Shown: positions 16,132 to 26,228, counted from the first letter of the stretch. The stretch is 64,000 bases of DNA from an uncultured Candidatus Saccharibacteria bacterium (GCA_903859365.1 CAIOMD010000011.1:17467-81466); one strand, 5' to 3'. The notes: a model not told the origin generated them from the sequence alone. Program-made: numbers and translations.

Positions 16132-17640
16132 ATGATGATTAAGCAAATAAAAAAAACCTTAAGGTTGCCTGGAATTATGTTTTCTGCAATCTCAGGTTTT
16201 ATTTTTTTACTGACTCAATCAACAAGCACCAGTCCGCTTTATTTATGGAGTTACGTCGATAGCACTATTTTTCGGTTAATGGGTCTTACCTTAGTGAGGG
16301 GCGGAAAGTTCTATGTCACGACAATCGACTCAAAGGGCCCAGTTTTATTTTTTATAGAAGCGCTCGGTGCTTGGATATCTAGCGGTAAGATTGGCATTTT
16401 TATTATTCAATATATTTTCTTGCTCGTCACGCTCATATCCGTGTTATTAATCGCTAAGCAACTTGTAGCAAATAAATATATATGGATATTTCCCCTGCTT
16501 TACCTCTGCTTCTATGGGTTTGCTTTTGAGGGTGGAAACTTGTCGGAAGAGTTCAGTCTTTCGTTTATATTTCTAGGTATCTATTTAGTGCTCTATCTTT
16601 TTAAGAATGGAAGTTTAGGCTCGATAAAAACCAAAATTTCATTTAAAACCGAGAATCTTTTACTTTTTTCTCTTGGATCCCTGGCAGCCCTCACCTTTTT
16701 TATTAGAGCAAATAATGCCGCCGCTATTATCGCCGCGATTCTCGCTTTGACGTATTTTATGCTCAAGAGGCTCCCCGCTAAACAATTTTTTACTTTTTTC
16801 TCATCAATCATTGCTGGCTTTCTTCTTGTAACGTCTATTTTGGCGGGATATTTCATTATAAATCACTCTTATTCAGATATGATTTATGGAACTTTTTTGT
16901 TTAATTACAGATATTCAATCAATCACTCAAGGGATTTTTCCAATACTTTTCTTACTTCCTTTTCTGCTGCAGCAATCGTTGTATGCATCCTCTCTCTGAC
17001 AACTGCTTTTTTGTATTATCATAGTAAAAGGGATGCAAAAGTTCCATTATTGCTAGTATTGGTTGGAGTTTTTTCAACCCTGACATTGTACATATCGGGG
17101 CATAATTGGTTACATTATTTACAGCTGCTGATGCCACCTTTCATTATTAGTCTCATGATGCTGTGTGTAGCTCTTGATGATACCCTGAAGCAAGTGTCGG
17201 AAAGAAAAATATATAGTAGACTCGGCCATATAGGACTTTTTATTTTCCTTCTTATGGATTTTTCAGTGGTTTATGGGTATCGGCATGAAAGAAAAGCTAA
17301 TGAAATAAACATCCGAGATTCAATTCAGATTATTAATGAAATTCCTGTAAATCAAAGAAATAGTGTTTACGGATATGGAATAAATCCTTTGCCCTTTACT
17401 GAAACTTCCGTTTTGCCGTCAAAAAGATTGACCGCCCTGCAAGATTGGATGATACAGCAGGACCCTTTTCTTAAAAATGAAGTCTATAGCTATTTTCAGA
17501 TCAACCCACCAAAATGGCTAATTCTATCTCCCCAGTATCCCCCCGAAGACGCATTCATCTCGAAGTTTGTTTCAAGCAACTACCGCCAGGTGTATTCGAA
17601 TACTAACTACACGCTCTATGAACTCACTATTAGTGAATGA
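16132..17640 (+). CDS. GT-C fold glycosyltransferase (ArnT/PMT, family 39/83-like) polytopic membrane protein
   Basis: 502 aa with at least 10 hydrophobic helices. The N-terminal loop YVDSTIFRLMG...GKFYVTTIDSKGPVLFFIEAL resembles the D-x-...-KPP loop of ArnT-like enzymes. It is more AT-rich than its neighbours. Confidence 0.5.
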   Translation: MMIKQIKKTLRLPGIMFSAISGFIFLLTQSTSTSPLYLWSYVDSTIFRLMGLTLVRGGKFYVTTIDSKGPVLFFIEALGAWISSGKIGIFIIQYIFLLVTLISVLLIAKQLVANKYIWIFPLLYLCFYGFAFEGGNLSEEFSLSFIFLGIYLVLYLFKNGSLGSIKTKISFKTENLLLFSLGSLAALTFFIRANNAAAIIAAILALTYFMLKRLPAKQFFTFFSSIIAGFLLVTSILAGYFIINHSYSDMIYGTFLFNYRYSINHSRDFSNTFLTSFSAAAIVVCILSLTTAFLYYHSKRDAKVPLLLVLVGVFSTLTLYISGHNWLHYLQLLMPPFIISLMMLCVALDDTLKQVSERKIYSRLGHIGLFIFLLMDFSVVYGYRHERKANEINIRDSIQIINEIPVNQRNSVYGYGINPLPFTETSVLPSKRLTALQDWMIQQDPFLKNEVYSYFQINPPKWLILSPQYPPEDAFISKFVSSNYRQVYSNTNYTLYELTISE

Positions 17641-18324
17641 TTACTGTTCTTTACGCAGCTTGTTATAGATATTTAATCCATACCCTGCGCCAGCAGCTTC
17701 AAGTGCGTACTCCGCAAGATGGGGCGCTTTAGCGAGCGAACCGCCTAGTACAAATAATGGAATGACAAAATCCTTAAGCGTATCTCGGGCGAGATAGCCT
17801 TTGATTCCTTTTGGTTTTTCGTGCACCGTTCCGTCTGCCTCTGTATGTGGATGCAAATGATTGGCTACTTCATGACGATTTGCGATAAGGGCAATTGAGC
17901 CAAGGGCAATTGCTGTTATTGACGACATAGCGGCTAAATTATTGAACCCAACTGCATCCATTTTACCGAACCAACCATCTTGCATTACCCCTTCATGTAT
18001 GACGTCATAGCCTGTCCCAACTGCCGCCGCCAATGCTGTTGCGCCCACAAATTTCTGCATCTTTTTTCGATATTTTTTTGCATTCCCTTTTTGGTTCGCA
18101 TTTTCTGCCTCAAGGTCTTTTGCTGCTCCACGTAACGCTGCAGCATCAAGTGTTTCTTCCAAGCCTTCTATGCCACTAGCGATGCCTACCCCACCTTGTG
18201 TTGCGGCAGCGACAAGTTGAAATCCGCCAGAGATTAAGCGAAGCCAGCTAACAAAGCGAAGGCGTTCGGGAGTGAGCTCTCGTTTATTTTTTTCAGGTTC
18301 TGGAACAAAACTTTTTTCTACCAT
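17641..18324 (-). CDS. Hypothetical protein (227 aa) with Gly/Ala-rich hydrophobic segments
   Basis: The ORF spans the whole interval, and its stop abuts the stop of the convergent GT-C gene. No recognisable family. Confidence 0.45.
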   Translation of the reverse strand: MVEKSFVPEPEKNKRELTPERLRFVSWLRLISGGFQLVAAATQGGVGIASGIEGLEETLDAAALRGAAKDLEAENANQKGNAKKYRKKMQKFVGATALAAAVGTGYDVIHEGVMQDGWFGKMDAVGFNNLAAMSSITAIALGSIALIANRHEVANHLHPHTEADGTVHEKPKGIKGYLARDTLKDFVIPLFVLGGSLAKAPHLAEYALEAAGAGYGLNIYNKLRKEQ

Positions 18325-18392
18325 ATAAAACCATCCTCAATATGGAAGTATAATAAAACTTTTATGATATTTTGTCAAAGTATCGAGATATA

Positions 18393-18803
18393 TTATTTGA
18401 TTAAATGAGAATAGAGCGCATATACAACGGTAGAACTGGTCATCGTAACGAAGCTGCCCCAGAGAAGGTCTATCCCCGTAATAGTCCAGGGCCAATTCTT
18501 AAATACAGCCTGCGAAGTCAGGTCGAAGGTTGCATAGGTAAAGAACCCGAAGAGTGCTCCATAGCCTATGGCGTGGTTGATGCTCCCCGTATTTATTGCA
18601 GGAACTAATACGAATACCAATAGACCAACAATATATAGGCCATAAAACAGCCCTGCGGCCTGCAGATTGGGTCTTTTAGCCATTAGGTGCCCAATGTACT
18701 GCTTATATAGTTTTGGCGCAATCTTAACGAGCCAAACGCTGTCGAAGGCTAAAAATACTAATAGTCCTAAAACAAATAGTTCAATTACTTTTCCTGATGT
18801 CAT
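18393..18803 (-). CDS. DUF2177-family small membrane protein
   Basis: 136 aa with four TM helices. FDSVWL...LYKQ...GALFGFFTYATFDLT...W resembles DUF2177 as I recall it. The start overlaps the upstream gene's stop by 1 nt. Confidence 0.5.
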   Translation of the reverse strand: MTSGKVIELFVLGLLVFLAFDSVWLVKIAPKLYKQYIGHLMAKRPNLQAAGLFYGLYIVGLLVFVLVPAINTGSINHAIGYGALFGFFTYATFDLTSQAVFKNWPWTITGIDLLWGSFVTMTSSTVVYALYSHLIK

Positions 18804-19606
18804 TACTTTCCTCCCTTAGGTTGCATTGGTATGAAAATTGAAGTTCTTTTGGCGTATGCCTTGAACTTCGAATTTTTCATATATTTTTTCTCAAGCATCG
18901 GTACACCTGAAACGAAGAGAATGAGATAAGTAATGAGAAGTGGGCTTAGGATAGCGAAAAGACTATAGGTTCCACCAAGACACAGGATCCAAAGCGCCCA
19001 CCACTGCGTGACCTCTCCAAAGTAATTGGGGTGTCTTGTGTATCGCCAAAGACCGGTGGTCATAATGGCGCCCTTTTTCTTTTTGGTCTTAATCCAGCGG
19101 CTGAGTTGCCAATCACCAATAGATTCAAATAAAAAGCCTATAATCCAAAGTCCTACCGCAAAAATGTGCAATAAGTGCGTGCCATTGAGGCTGCCAACTT
19201 TAACGATTGCATAGGACAAGTTGTAGGCAATAACGAGAGTTGATGCGGAAATAACTAATGCGAGTAATGCCTGAAAGAAAAAGTTCTGAAAATAGCTTCG
19301 AACGGCAAAAGAGTTACCCCATTTTTTTCTATTTTCCGCATATCGCCAGTCTTCCTCGGCGCCAATTTTCCTATAGCCAATATGCCACGCAAGACGAAGA
19401 CCCCATATCGATACGAGTACGAGGTCGATTAATTGAAGGCGGGTATGGTTGGGTAGGCCAACGTAAAGTGCGCCAGCAATGATGATGAAATAGGGCCCCC
19501 AAAAGACGTCAGCGATACTGGCGTCCTTGAATAGCAGGCTGAGTAGCCAAGCAATAACAGATAGCCCTATCGCAGCACCTCCAGCTAATAGAAAAACGTG
19601 AAGCAT
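18803..19606 (-). CDS. DUF1295 / steroid-5-alpha-reductase-like (ICMT-fold) membrane protein
   Basis: The C-terminal motif [24 protein letters not shown] is characteristic of the DUF1295/isoprenylcysteine-methyltransferase-like superfamily. The protein is polytopic. Confidence 0.7.
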   Translation of the reverse strand: MLHVFLLAGGAAIGLSVIAWLLSLLFKDASIADVFWGPYFIIIAGALYVGLPNHTRLQLIDLVLVSIWGLRLAWHIGYRKIGAEEDWRYAENRKKWGNSFAVRSYFQNFFFQALLALVISASTLVIAYNLSYAIVKVGSLNGTHLLHIFAVGLWIIGFLFESIGDWQLSRWIKTKKKKGAIMTTGLWRYTRHPNYFGEVTQWWALWILCLGGTYSLFAILSPLLITYLILFVSGVPMLEKKYMKNSKFKAYAKRTSIFIPMQPKGGK

Positions 19607-19683
19607 TACCTTTATTCTAGCACTGAGTATAAATAAACACTGAATTTAAGTTATAGTAAATCTGCGCTACACTACATTATCAT

Positions 19684-19775
<92 letters not shown>

Positions 19776-19782
19776 AATTAAA

Positions 19783-20868
19783 TTATTTTCTCCAGTCTTC
19801 TTCTAGTAATTCTTTTGCAGTAGCCAATTTTTCATTTAAGCCATAGAAGTTTTTTATTATAACGGTGCCTCGTCCACTGATACGATTATACGTATCATCA
19901 ACTGTTGCGGTTTGGGACTTTAGTATATCTCTTAATTCTTGAGGCGTAAGAGCTTCGGAGTATTGTTCGTCGCCTGTATCGCTATATTTTTTAAGGGTTG
20001 CCGATATCTCATCGCTGACTCGATTAAATCTTTCTATGCGATCTCGAAACATTGGTCGATAGGTTTGCGAAACGCAATTAATATTCTTTCTTAGATTAAA
20101 TGCGGCATCTCCAGCGTTTAAGGATACTACATAGCGATCAAAAAAGTTTTTTCTTTCTTCGGCCTTGGTAATTTCTTTGAAGCTCTGAAAAAGTGTCTCG
20201 CTGAGATATGCTGTTATAACTGGATCAAAAAATTGCTTTAGATCGATATTTTCAAAAGCTTCATTAATTACGATCTCCTGCGAGAGCTCTTTGAGCACTT
20301 TTTCCTTTTCCAGGCCACTCATATATTCACCGTCGAGTGCATCAAGTCGCCGATAGGTATTTTTCTCAAATCTATCAGTAATCTCTCTAAAATCTGTAAT
20401 TTCTTCTTCGATGATACTATTTTTTGAGACGATTAATTCGTGCTGATTTTTTGTCTGCGAGGGAGCGGTAAATCTTCTTCTAAAGTCTGCACTATACAGA
20501 TACTCATGTTCACGCCTGGAGCCATACATCGCTCGCATAGCTTCCTCGTTCGATTCCAGCAGCCGGTCTTCTACTTTTAGATTATCCATCGCCAGCTCAC
20601 TTATTACCGGTTCAGCGAGACGAATATAGCTGTTTAAATTTTTCTCTTGCTGTAATTGTCGGCAGATCTCAAAGAGTTGTTTTTTCTCTTTGGATAGTAA
20701 ATCTTCAGTGTGGTCACTTAGTAAATCATTGAAATATTCTTCGAGGGCTCCAGGTTCGCTCGCTTCCACCAGAAGTCGATTAATTGAAACGCCTAATTCT
20801 TCAAACGAATCACCGGTTAGTTTATCTGAATAGTTAGAATTTTCTGATTTTTCCTGAGAATTTAACAA
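19783..20868 (-). CDS. Hypothetical acidic, predicted alpha-helical soluble protein (361 aa)
   Basis: A long ORF with no overlapping alternative. No motif recognised. Confidence 0.5.
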   Translation of the reverse strand: MLNSQEKSENSNYSDKLTGDSFEELGVSINRLLVEASEPGALEEYFNDLLSDHTEDLLSKEKKQLFEICRQLQQEKNLNSYIRLAEPVISELAMDNLKVEDRLLESNEEAMRAMYGSRREHEYLYSADFRRRFTAPSQTKNQHELIVSKNSIIEEEITDFREITDRFEKNTYRRLDALDGEYMSGLEKEKVLKELSQEIVINEAFENIDLKQFFDPVITAYLSETLFQSFKEITKAEERKNFFDRYVVSLNAGDAAFNLRKNINCVSQTYRPMFRDRIERFNRVSDEISATLKKYSDTGDEQYSEALTPQELRDILKSQTATVDDTYNRISGRGTVIIKNFYGLNEKLATAKELLEEDWRK

Positions 20869-20979
20869 ACTGTTGAGCTCCTTGGTTATATTTGTAGTGG
20901 GGTTTAATTATACCAAACCTGTCGAATACTTTGAAGTATCAAGGGCTCAGTCGATGATTTAAATGCTATTATACTTAGG

Positions 20980-21384
20980 ATGGAAAAAAGTATTTTTAGT
21001 CGCATAATTGATGGAGAAATCCCATCATATAAGGTGTACGAAGACGAATATACGGTAGCCTTTTTGGATATTCACCCCGCTCAACCAGGCCATACACTTG
21101 TTGTACCTAAAAAGCAGGTAGATCATTTTGAAGATCTCGAAGACGAGGACTACGGGCAACTCTGGGAAGCTGTTAAGATTGTGTCCCAGAAACTACATGT
21201 TTTTGGTAGGAATAGAATTGGCGTACAAGTAATTGGAGTAGATGTCCCCCATGCGCACGTTCATCTCATACCTTTTGATACCACTGAGGAATTTCGTACT
21301 ATTCCTGATATGACTAAAGAGCCAGATTTCGTTATACTTGAAAAAACCCTAAATATAATTCTACAAGGAGAACAAAATAGATGA
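20980..21384 (+). CDS. HIT (histidine triad) family nucleotide hydrolase/transferase
   Basis: IFSRIIDGEIPSYKVYEDEYTVAFLDIHPAQPGHTLVVPK plus the triad HAHVHLIP. Confidence 0.9.
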   Translation: MEKSIFSRIIDGEIPSYKVYEDEYTVAFLDIHPAQPGHTLVVPKKQVDHFEDLEDEDYGQLWEAVKIVSQKLHVFGRNRIGVQVIGVDVPHAHVHLIPFDTTEEFRTIPDMTKEPDFVILEKTLNIILQGEQNR

Positions 21385-21557
21385 GTAATGCACTAATCGC
21401 TTTATTTTTTGCCGGAGGAGCTGGCGCATGGATTTACGCAAAATTTAGTAAAAGTACCGGAAATAATACAAAATCTAGCAGCATTGCGGCAGTCGCCTCA
21501 GCTCTTTTTATATTCGTCCTCTTTTATTTCATGCTTGGTCTTTTTATTAAAAAATAA
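21381..21557 (+). CDS. Small two-TM membrane protein (58 aa), absent from the ORF track (below its size cut-off)
   Basis: The ATG at 21381 overlaps the HIT gene's stop. It translates to MSNALIALFFAGGAGAWIYAKFSKSTGNNTKSSSIAAVASALFIFVLFYFMLGLFIKK with a TAA at 21555-21557, 2 nt before the rlmH GTG. It fills an otherwise unexplained gap. Confidence 0.45.
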   Translation: MSNALIALFFAGGAGAWIYAKFSKSTGNNTKSSSIAAVASALFIFVLFYFMLGLFIKK

Positions 21558-21559
21558 TC

Positions 21560-22021
21560 GTGAAAATAACAATTCTATCCGTTGGGAAGAAGAACGACCC
21601 TTTTGCATCTGCTGCAATTAATGAATACGAAAAGAGAATCAAGCAGAGTTTTTCGATTCAATGGATTTTCGTTCCTTACAGTGGGCTTTCGGGCGATGAT
21701 GCCCGGCGTGAAGAGAGTGCAAAAATAAGGGGTTATTTGAAAAATGATGAAATCATATGGCTACTTGATGAAACTGGAAAACAATTAACATCACCCGAAT
21801 TGTCTGAAAAAATTGAAACACTAAAAAACGGAAGCGTAAAAGAGCTTCTTATTATAATTGGCGGCGCTTACGGAGTTGATCAAACTATTAAAGATCGTGC
21901 AGATTTTACCTGGTCGTTGTCTAAATTAGTGTTTCCCCATCTCCTCGTTCGACTTATTTTAGTGGAACAGCTCTATCGAGCGTATGAAATTGCTCGAGGC
22001 AGTGGCTATCATCACATCTAA
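21560..22021 (+). CDS. rlmH: 23S rRNA (pseudouridine1915-N3)-methyltransferase RlmH (SPOUT)
   Basis: GTG start. MKITILSVGKK..., LIIGGAYGV, and the C-terminus FPHLLVRLILVEQLYRAYEIARGSGYHH are typical of RlmH. Confidence 0.9.
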   Translation: MKITILSVGKKNDPFASAAINEYEKRIKQSFSIQWIFVPYSGLSGDDARREESAKIRGYLKNDEIIWLLDETGKQLTSPELSEKIETLKNGSVKELLIIIGGAYGVDQTIKDRADFTWSLSKLVFPHLLVRLILVEQLYRAYEIARGSGYHHI

Positions 22022-22740
22022 GAAACGATAGTTCCCTTTTTGGTGTCTCCCTTAAGTACCGCAAGTACGACCTCAGGGTCAGGTTGGCAAATAACAAGTG
22101 TTATTGCTTTATCTGCCGCAAATGCTAGTGCCGCTCGATCCATAATCTGTATTTCTTGATTTGCAAGTGCATCATTGAAGCTAATTCGCTCATATCGCTT
22201 CGCATCTTTATGAAATTCCGGATCCCGATCGTAGATGCCGTCAACTTTAGTTGTTTTGATAACCGTATCACAGTGAAGCTCAAAAGCCTGTGCAACGACA
22301 CCAGTGTCTGTGGTAAAGCCGGGTTTACCGAGACCTCCTGCGATAAGAACAGCACGATTATCCTTCATGTATTTTTGCGCCCTTTGGTACGAGAATCGCT
22401 CTGCTACACTCTCAACCGGGATATTGCTAAAAAGCCTTCCCTCTACTTTCCCTCGTTGGTTAAGTACTTCGTTTAGAAATAGTCCGTTTTGTACCGTTGC
22501 CAGCATTCCCATTTCGTCAGCTATTACTTGATTGGTAAAGCCGTTTTTATGAAGTTTTTTTCCTCGTACAATGTTGCCGCCACCCATTACGACAGCAACG
22601 TTGTAGTCAGCATCTACAAGCGCTTCAATAACCGAGCAGACCTGCTGAGCCATTGCCATATCAAAGTTATATTCTTCTGATCCAAGCTGCTCGCCGGACA
22701 CCTTCAGCATTACATTTTTTCCCATATAACTCCTCTTCAT
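22018..22740 (-). CDS. pyrH: UMP kinase
   Basis: Amino-acid-kinase fold with LKVSGEQLG, VVMGGGNIVRG and IAGGLGKPGFTTDTGVV. The exact start (M1, M6 or M11) is uncertain. Confidence 0.85.
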   Translation of the reverse strand: MKRSYMGKNVMLKVSGEQLGSEEYNFDMAMAQQVCSVIEALVDADYNVAVVMGGGNIVRGKKLHKNGFTNQVIADEMGMLATVQNGLFLNEVLNQRGKVEGRLFSNIPVESVAERFSYQRAQKYMKDNRAVLIAGGLGKPGFTTDTGVVAQAFELHCDTVIKTTKVDGIYDRDPEFHKDAKRYERISFNDALANQEIQIMDRAALAFAADKAITLVICQPDPEVVLAVLKGDTKKGTIVS

Positions 22741-22840
22741 TTGTTCCTATTGTACTTGAAATGAAGAATATTTTCTAAATAGCCCTTTTTGGTTATATTT
22801 TTGGTATAAAGTAGCCGTATCGTGCTAGAATTATGACTAT

Positions 22841-23698
22841 ATGGATGGGGTGGAAACCGCAAAACAATTAGGCCATGCGATTGCAATGGCACGACGCTCG
22901 GCAGGGCTTACCCAGCAAGAGCTATGTGCTCGCGCCCACCTTTCCTATTCTACCCTCGCAAAAATTGAGCGAGGCGCAATAAAGACTCCCAGTGTTTTTA
23001 CAGTAGTTGCAATTGCAGCCGCTACTGGCATTAGTGTTGAGCAGCTCGCTGGAGGTGTAGGTGAAACCATGCAACCGGTTTCGAAACAATATAAAGTTGC
23101 CAAAAACGGTATTGAGTTTGTCTATTTTGATGTAAACGGTGTACTTGTCCACTTCTTTCAAAGGGCATTATCCCAGCTCGCACATGACGGTGGTGTGTCT
23201 CCAGAGGCGGTTGAAAGTATTTTTTGGCGATACAACGATATGGTTAACAAAGCAGAGATAACACTGGAAGATTTTGAACAGAAAATGGCTAATCAAATTG
23301 GTCTCTCTTCCCTTTCGTGGAAAGAATATTATTTAAAGAATATAGAACCAATCGAAGAGATGCATAATTGCGTGCGAGCAGTTGCCGAACACTTCAAAGT
23401 AGGTCTTATTTCAAATAATATGCCAGGTTTTATCCCGGCCATGATTGAGCGAGGCTTAATCCCGAACATTCACTATGATGCGATTGCTGATTCCTCGAAA
23501 CTTGGCATGCTTAAACCTGAACGGCAAATGTATGAAACCGCTGCAGAGCTTGCCCATGTGACCCCAGATAAACTACTACTGATTGATGATGGAAGAACCA
23601 ATATAACGGCTGCAGAATCACTCGGTTGGCACGTACTGTGGTTTGATGATTTTCATGCCGCTGAAGGCCGAGAACGAATCGAACAGATTCTTCAATAG
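22841..23698 (+). CDS. Fusion protein: N-terminal XRE-type helix-turn-helix plus C-terminal HAD-superfamily hydrolase-like domain
   Basis: The HTH is LTQQELCARAHLSYSTLAKIERG. HAD motifs are I VYFDVNGVL (D-x-N instead of D-x-D), II LISNN, III K in LKPERQMYE, and IV LLIDDGRTN. Confidence 0.75.
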   Translation: MDGVETAKQLGHAIAMARRSAGLTQQELCARAHLSYSTLAKIERGAIKTPSVFTVVAIAAATGISVEQLAGGVGETMQPVSKQYKVAKNGIEFVYFDVNGVLVHFFQRALSQLAHDGGVSPEAVESIFWRYNDMVNKAEITLEDFEQKMANQIGLSSLSWKEYYLKNIEPIEEMHNCVRAVAEHFKVGLISNNMPGFIPAMIERGLIPNIHYDAIADSSKLGMLKPERQMYETAAELAHVTPDKLLLIDDGRTNITAAESLGWHVLWFDDFHAAEGRERIEQILQ

Positions 23699-23699
23699 A

Positions 23700-26228
23700 C
23701 TAGGTAAAACTTGCTAACTCTTTTTCGAGCGTTTCGAGTATTTTTTGCTCGTTTTGTAAATTATTTCGGGTTTGTGAAACCACCGCTTCCGGTGCGTGAT
23801 CAACATAGCTTTTATTAGAAAGTCTGCCTTCGAGTTGGGTGACGTTTTGGTGGGTGCTCTTAATGCGCTCCTCAAGCTTTGTGATGTATTTTTTTGTAAC
23901 ACTATCATCAATCGCAAGCCAACAATTTTCACTCGATGTTGCAAGGCTAACACCCTTTTTCTGCGTTTTTTGATTGACGGAACCAAGCTTGGCAAGTTGT
24001 TTTAGTAATGCTTCATTTTCACTAATAAGGTCACTATTTGAGTATTCGAGAGCAACTTTTGATATCCCGAGTGCACTAGTAATTGCACGAACCTCAACCA
24101 CGATTACTTGCAAACGATCAAAGGCCTGGGCTTTTTCTTTAGAAAAAGCTATCACTGGCTCTGCCTGCTTTGCAATCAGGAAGGTACCCTTGTGACGCTG
24201 TTGCCAAATTACTTCTGTTACAAATGGCGCAAATGGATGAGCAAGCTCAAGTGATGTATCTAAAATATACCCAAGCAAGGCTGTATTAATACTTCCCTTG
24301 CTTGCCTCAATATACCAGTCAGCAAATTCGTTCCAAATAAAGTGGTAGAGTACTTCATAAGCTTCACTAAAGCGAAAACTTTCAATAAGTAGACGTATCT
24401 CTTTTTGAGCAAAACTGAGTCGGCTTACAATCCAATTATCCGCAATAGATTTTGGAGTCACTTCACTGCTTTCAGCTTGCTCTTGGGACTGTACGTAGCG
24501 TGCAATATTCCAAAGCTTATTACAGAAATTACGTCCTGCAATTATTTTTCCCGGAGCATAGGCTGCGCTATAACCTGCACTTCTTCCAGCGATGATTCCC
24601 ATGCGTATGGCATCAGCTCCATAGGCTTCGAGTACTTCCTTTGGATTGATTACATTGCCAAGACTCTTACTCATTTTCCTTCCATCTTCAGAGCGAACCA
24701 TTCCGTGCAAGTAGACATTTTTAAAAGGAATATCACCGGTCATATATGTTCCAACGCAGATCATTCGTGCAACCCATTGGTATAAAATATCCTGTCCTGT
24801 TTCCATTACAGAATTCGGATAGAACTTTTTAAAGTCTTCACTATCTGGAAAATCGAGTGTTACAAAAGGCCATTGGCTTGAACTGAACCAGGTATCGAAC
24901 ACATCTGGGTCTCGTCGATACGTTTTTCCATCAATAATAATTTCTTTTTTTGTCACCTCGGTGTTGAAAATCCAATCATCGCTGTCAGCAACATTTTGAA
25001 ATGCCGGTATAGGGATACCCCAGGCAATTTGTCTACTAATGTTCCAATCCTTAATTGACTCAAGATATGCCAAAACCTGGTCAGCTTTTGCTGCAGGGTA
25101 AAAGGTTATTTTCTTAGCCTTTAGTGCCGCAATAGCTGGAGCTGCAAGTTTCTGCATGTCTATAAACCATTGATCGAGCAACATCGGTTCAATGACTGAC
25201 CCACACTTGTAGCACGTCCCTACCCTGTTCTTGTAGGTCTCATCAACTTTAACGAGCAAGCCTTTTTCGTCGAGTTTCTTAGCTACTGCAGTGCGCGCTT
25301 TGGCAACTGTTAGTCCCTCAAATTCTTTGGCTAGATGGTTCATGGTTCCATCATGGTTTATTACTCTTACGTGCGGAAGGTTGTGTTTTTGGGCCACTTC
25401 GTAATCATTGAAGTCGTGGGCTGGAGTTATCTTCACTACCCCTGTTCCAAAAGCACGATCAACCATTTCATCAGCTACGACGCGCACTTCAAATGGACCA
25501 CTTGGCCCCTCGATTGTAACAACGGTATTTACGAGTTTTTTGTACCGTTCGTCGTCTGGATGTACTGCTACTGCAGTATCACCATAAATAGTTTCCGGGC
25601 GAGTTGTTGCAAGCTCAAAGGGACCGTATTTTAAGTAGTAAAGCGGACTCGTCCTGTCTTCGTGTAGCACCTCAATATCTGCAAAACCTGTTCGGTGCAC
25701 GGTACAGTAGTTAACCAGTCTTTCGCCCCTGTATATATACTGCTCATCCCACATTTTTTTAAACATTTTGTAAGATGAATCGACCACTTTTTTATCTAAT
25801 GAAAAAGTAAAATGATCCCAGTCAAGACTTGCGCCGAGTTCTCGGAATTGTGATGCAAAGACTTCTTTATTCTTTGCTACAAAGTCCCATATCTGCTCAA
25901 ACAGTTCCTCACGTGAAAAGTCAAAACGACTCTTCCCTTCCTTAGCAAGTTGTTTTTCATAGACAACTTGTGTTTCAAAGCCAGCGTGATCCGCTCCGGG
26001 CACCCATAAAACAGATCTTCCCTGCATTCGATAATAGCGGGCCATGATATCTTGGATTGCAAACATGAGGGTATGGCCAATATGCAAACTCGCGTTGGCG
26101 TTCGGTAGTGGCAGAACAATACTAAACGGCTCGCCTTTTTCGGATGGTGCGAAAAGGTTATTCTCTTCCCACAGTCGATAAATGGCTGCTTCATGTTTCT
26201 GGGGTTCGTATATCGTATCAAGGGCCAC
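23700..26228 (-). CDS. valS: Valine--tRNA ligase
   Basis: GTG start. The HIGH region is PNANASLHIGH and the KMSKS region is KMSKSLGN. The editing-domain and C-terminal coiled-coil architecture and the 842-aa length fit ValRS. Confidence 0.92.
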   Translation of the reverse strand: MALDTIYEPQKHEAAIYRLWEENNLFAPSEKGEPFSIVLPLPNANASLHIGHTLMFAIQDIMARYYRMQGRSVLWVPGADHAGFETQVVYEKQLAKEGKSRFDFSREELFEQIWDFVAKNKEVFASQFRELGASLDWDHFTFSLDKKVVDSSYKMFKKMWDEQYIYRGERLVNYCTVHRTGFADIEVLHEDRTSPLYYLKYGPFELATTRPETIYGDTAVAVHPDDERYKKLVNTVVTIEGPSGPFEVRVVADEMVDRAFGTGVVKITPAHDFNDYEVAQKHNLPHVRVINHDGTMNHLAKEFEGLTVAKARTAVAKKLDEKGLLVKVDETYKNRVGTCYKCGSVIEPMLLDQWFIDMQKLAAPAIAALKAKKITFYPAAKADQVLAYLESIKDWNISRQIAWGIPIPAFQNVADSDDWIFNTEVTKKEIIIDGKTYRRDPDVFDTWFSSSQWPFVTLDFPDSEDFKKFYPNSVMETGQDILYQWVARMICVGTYMTGDIPFKNVYLHGMVRSEDGRKMSKSLGNVINPKEVLEAYGADAIRMGIIAGRSAGYSAAYAPGKIIAGRNFCNKLWNIARYVQSQEQAESSEVTPKSIADNWIVSRLSFAQKEIRLLIESFRFSEAYEVLYHFIWNEFADWYIEASKGSINTALLGYILDTSLELAHPFAPFVTEVIWQQRHKGTFLIAKQAEPVIAFSKEKAQAFDRLQVIVVEVRAITSALGISKVALEYSNSDLISENEALLKQLAKLGSVNQKTQKKGVSLATSSENCWLAIDDSVTKKYITKLEERIKSTHQNVTQLEGRLSNKSYVDHAPEAVVSQTRNNLQNEQKILETLEKELASFT

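Noticed and set aside
21409-21621. 70-aa ORF spanning the HIT-rlmH gap
   Set aside because: It runs across the rlmH start in another frame. The gap is better explained by the 58-aa two-TM ORF at 21381-21557 plus rlmH.
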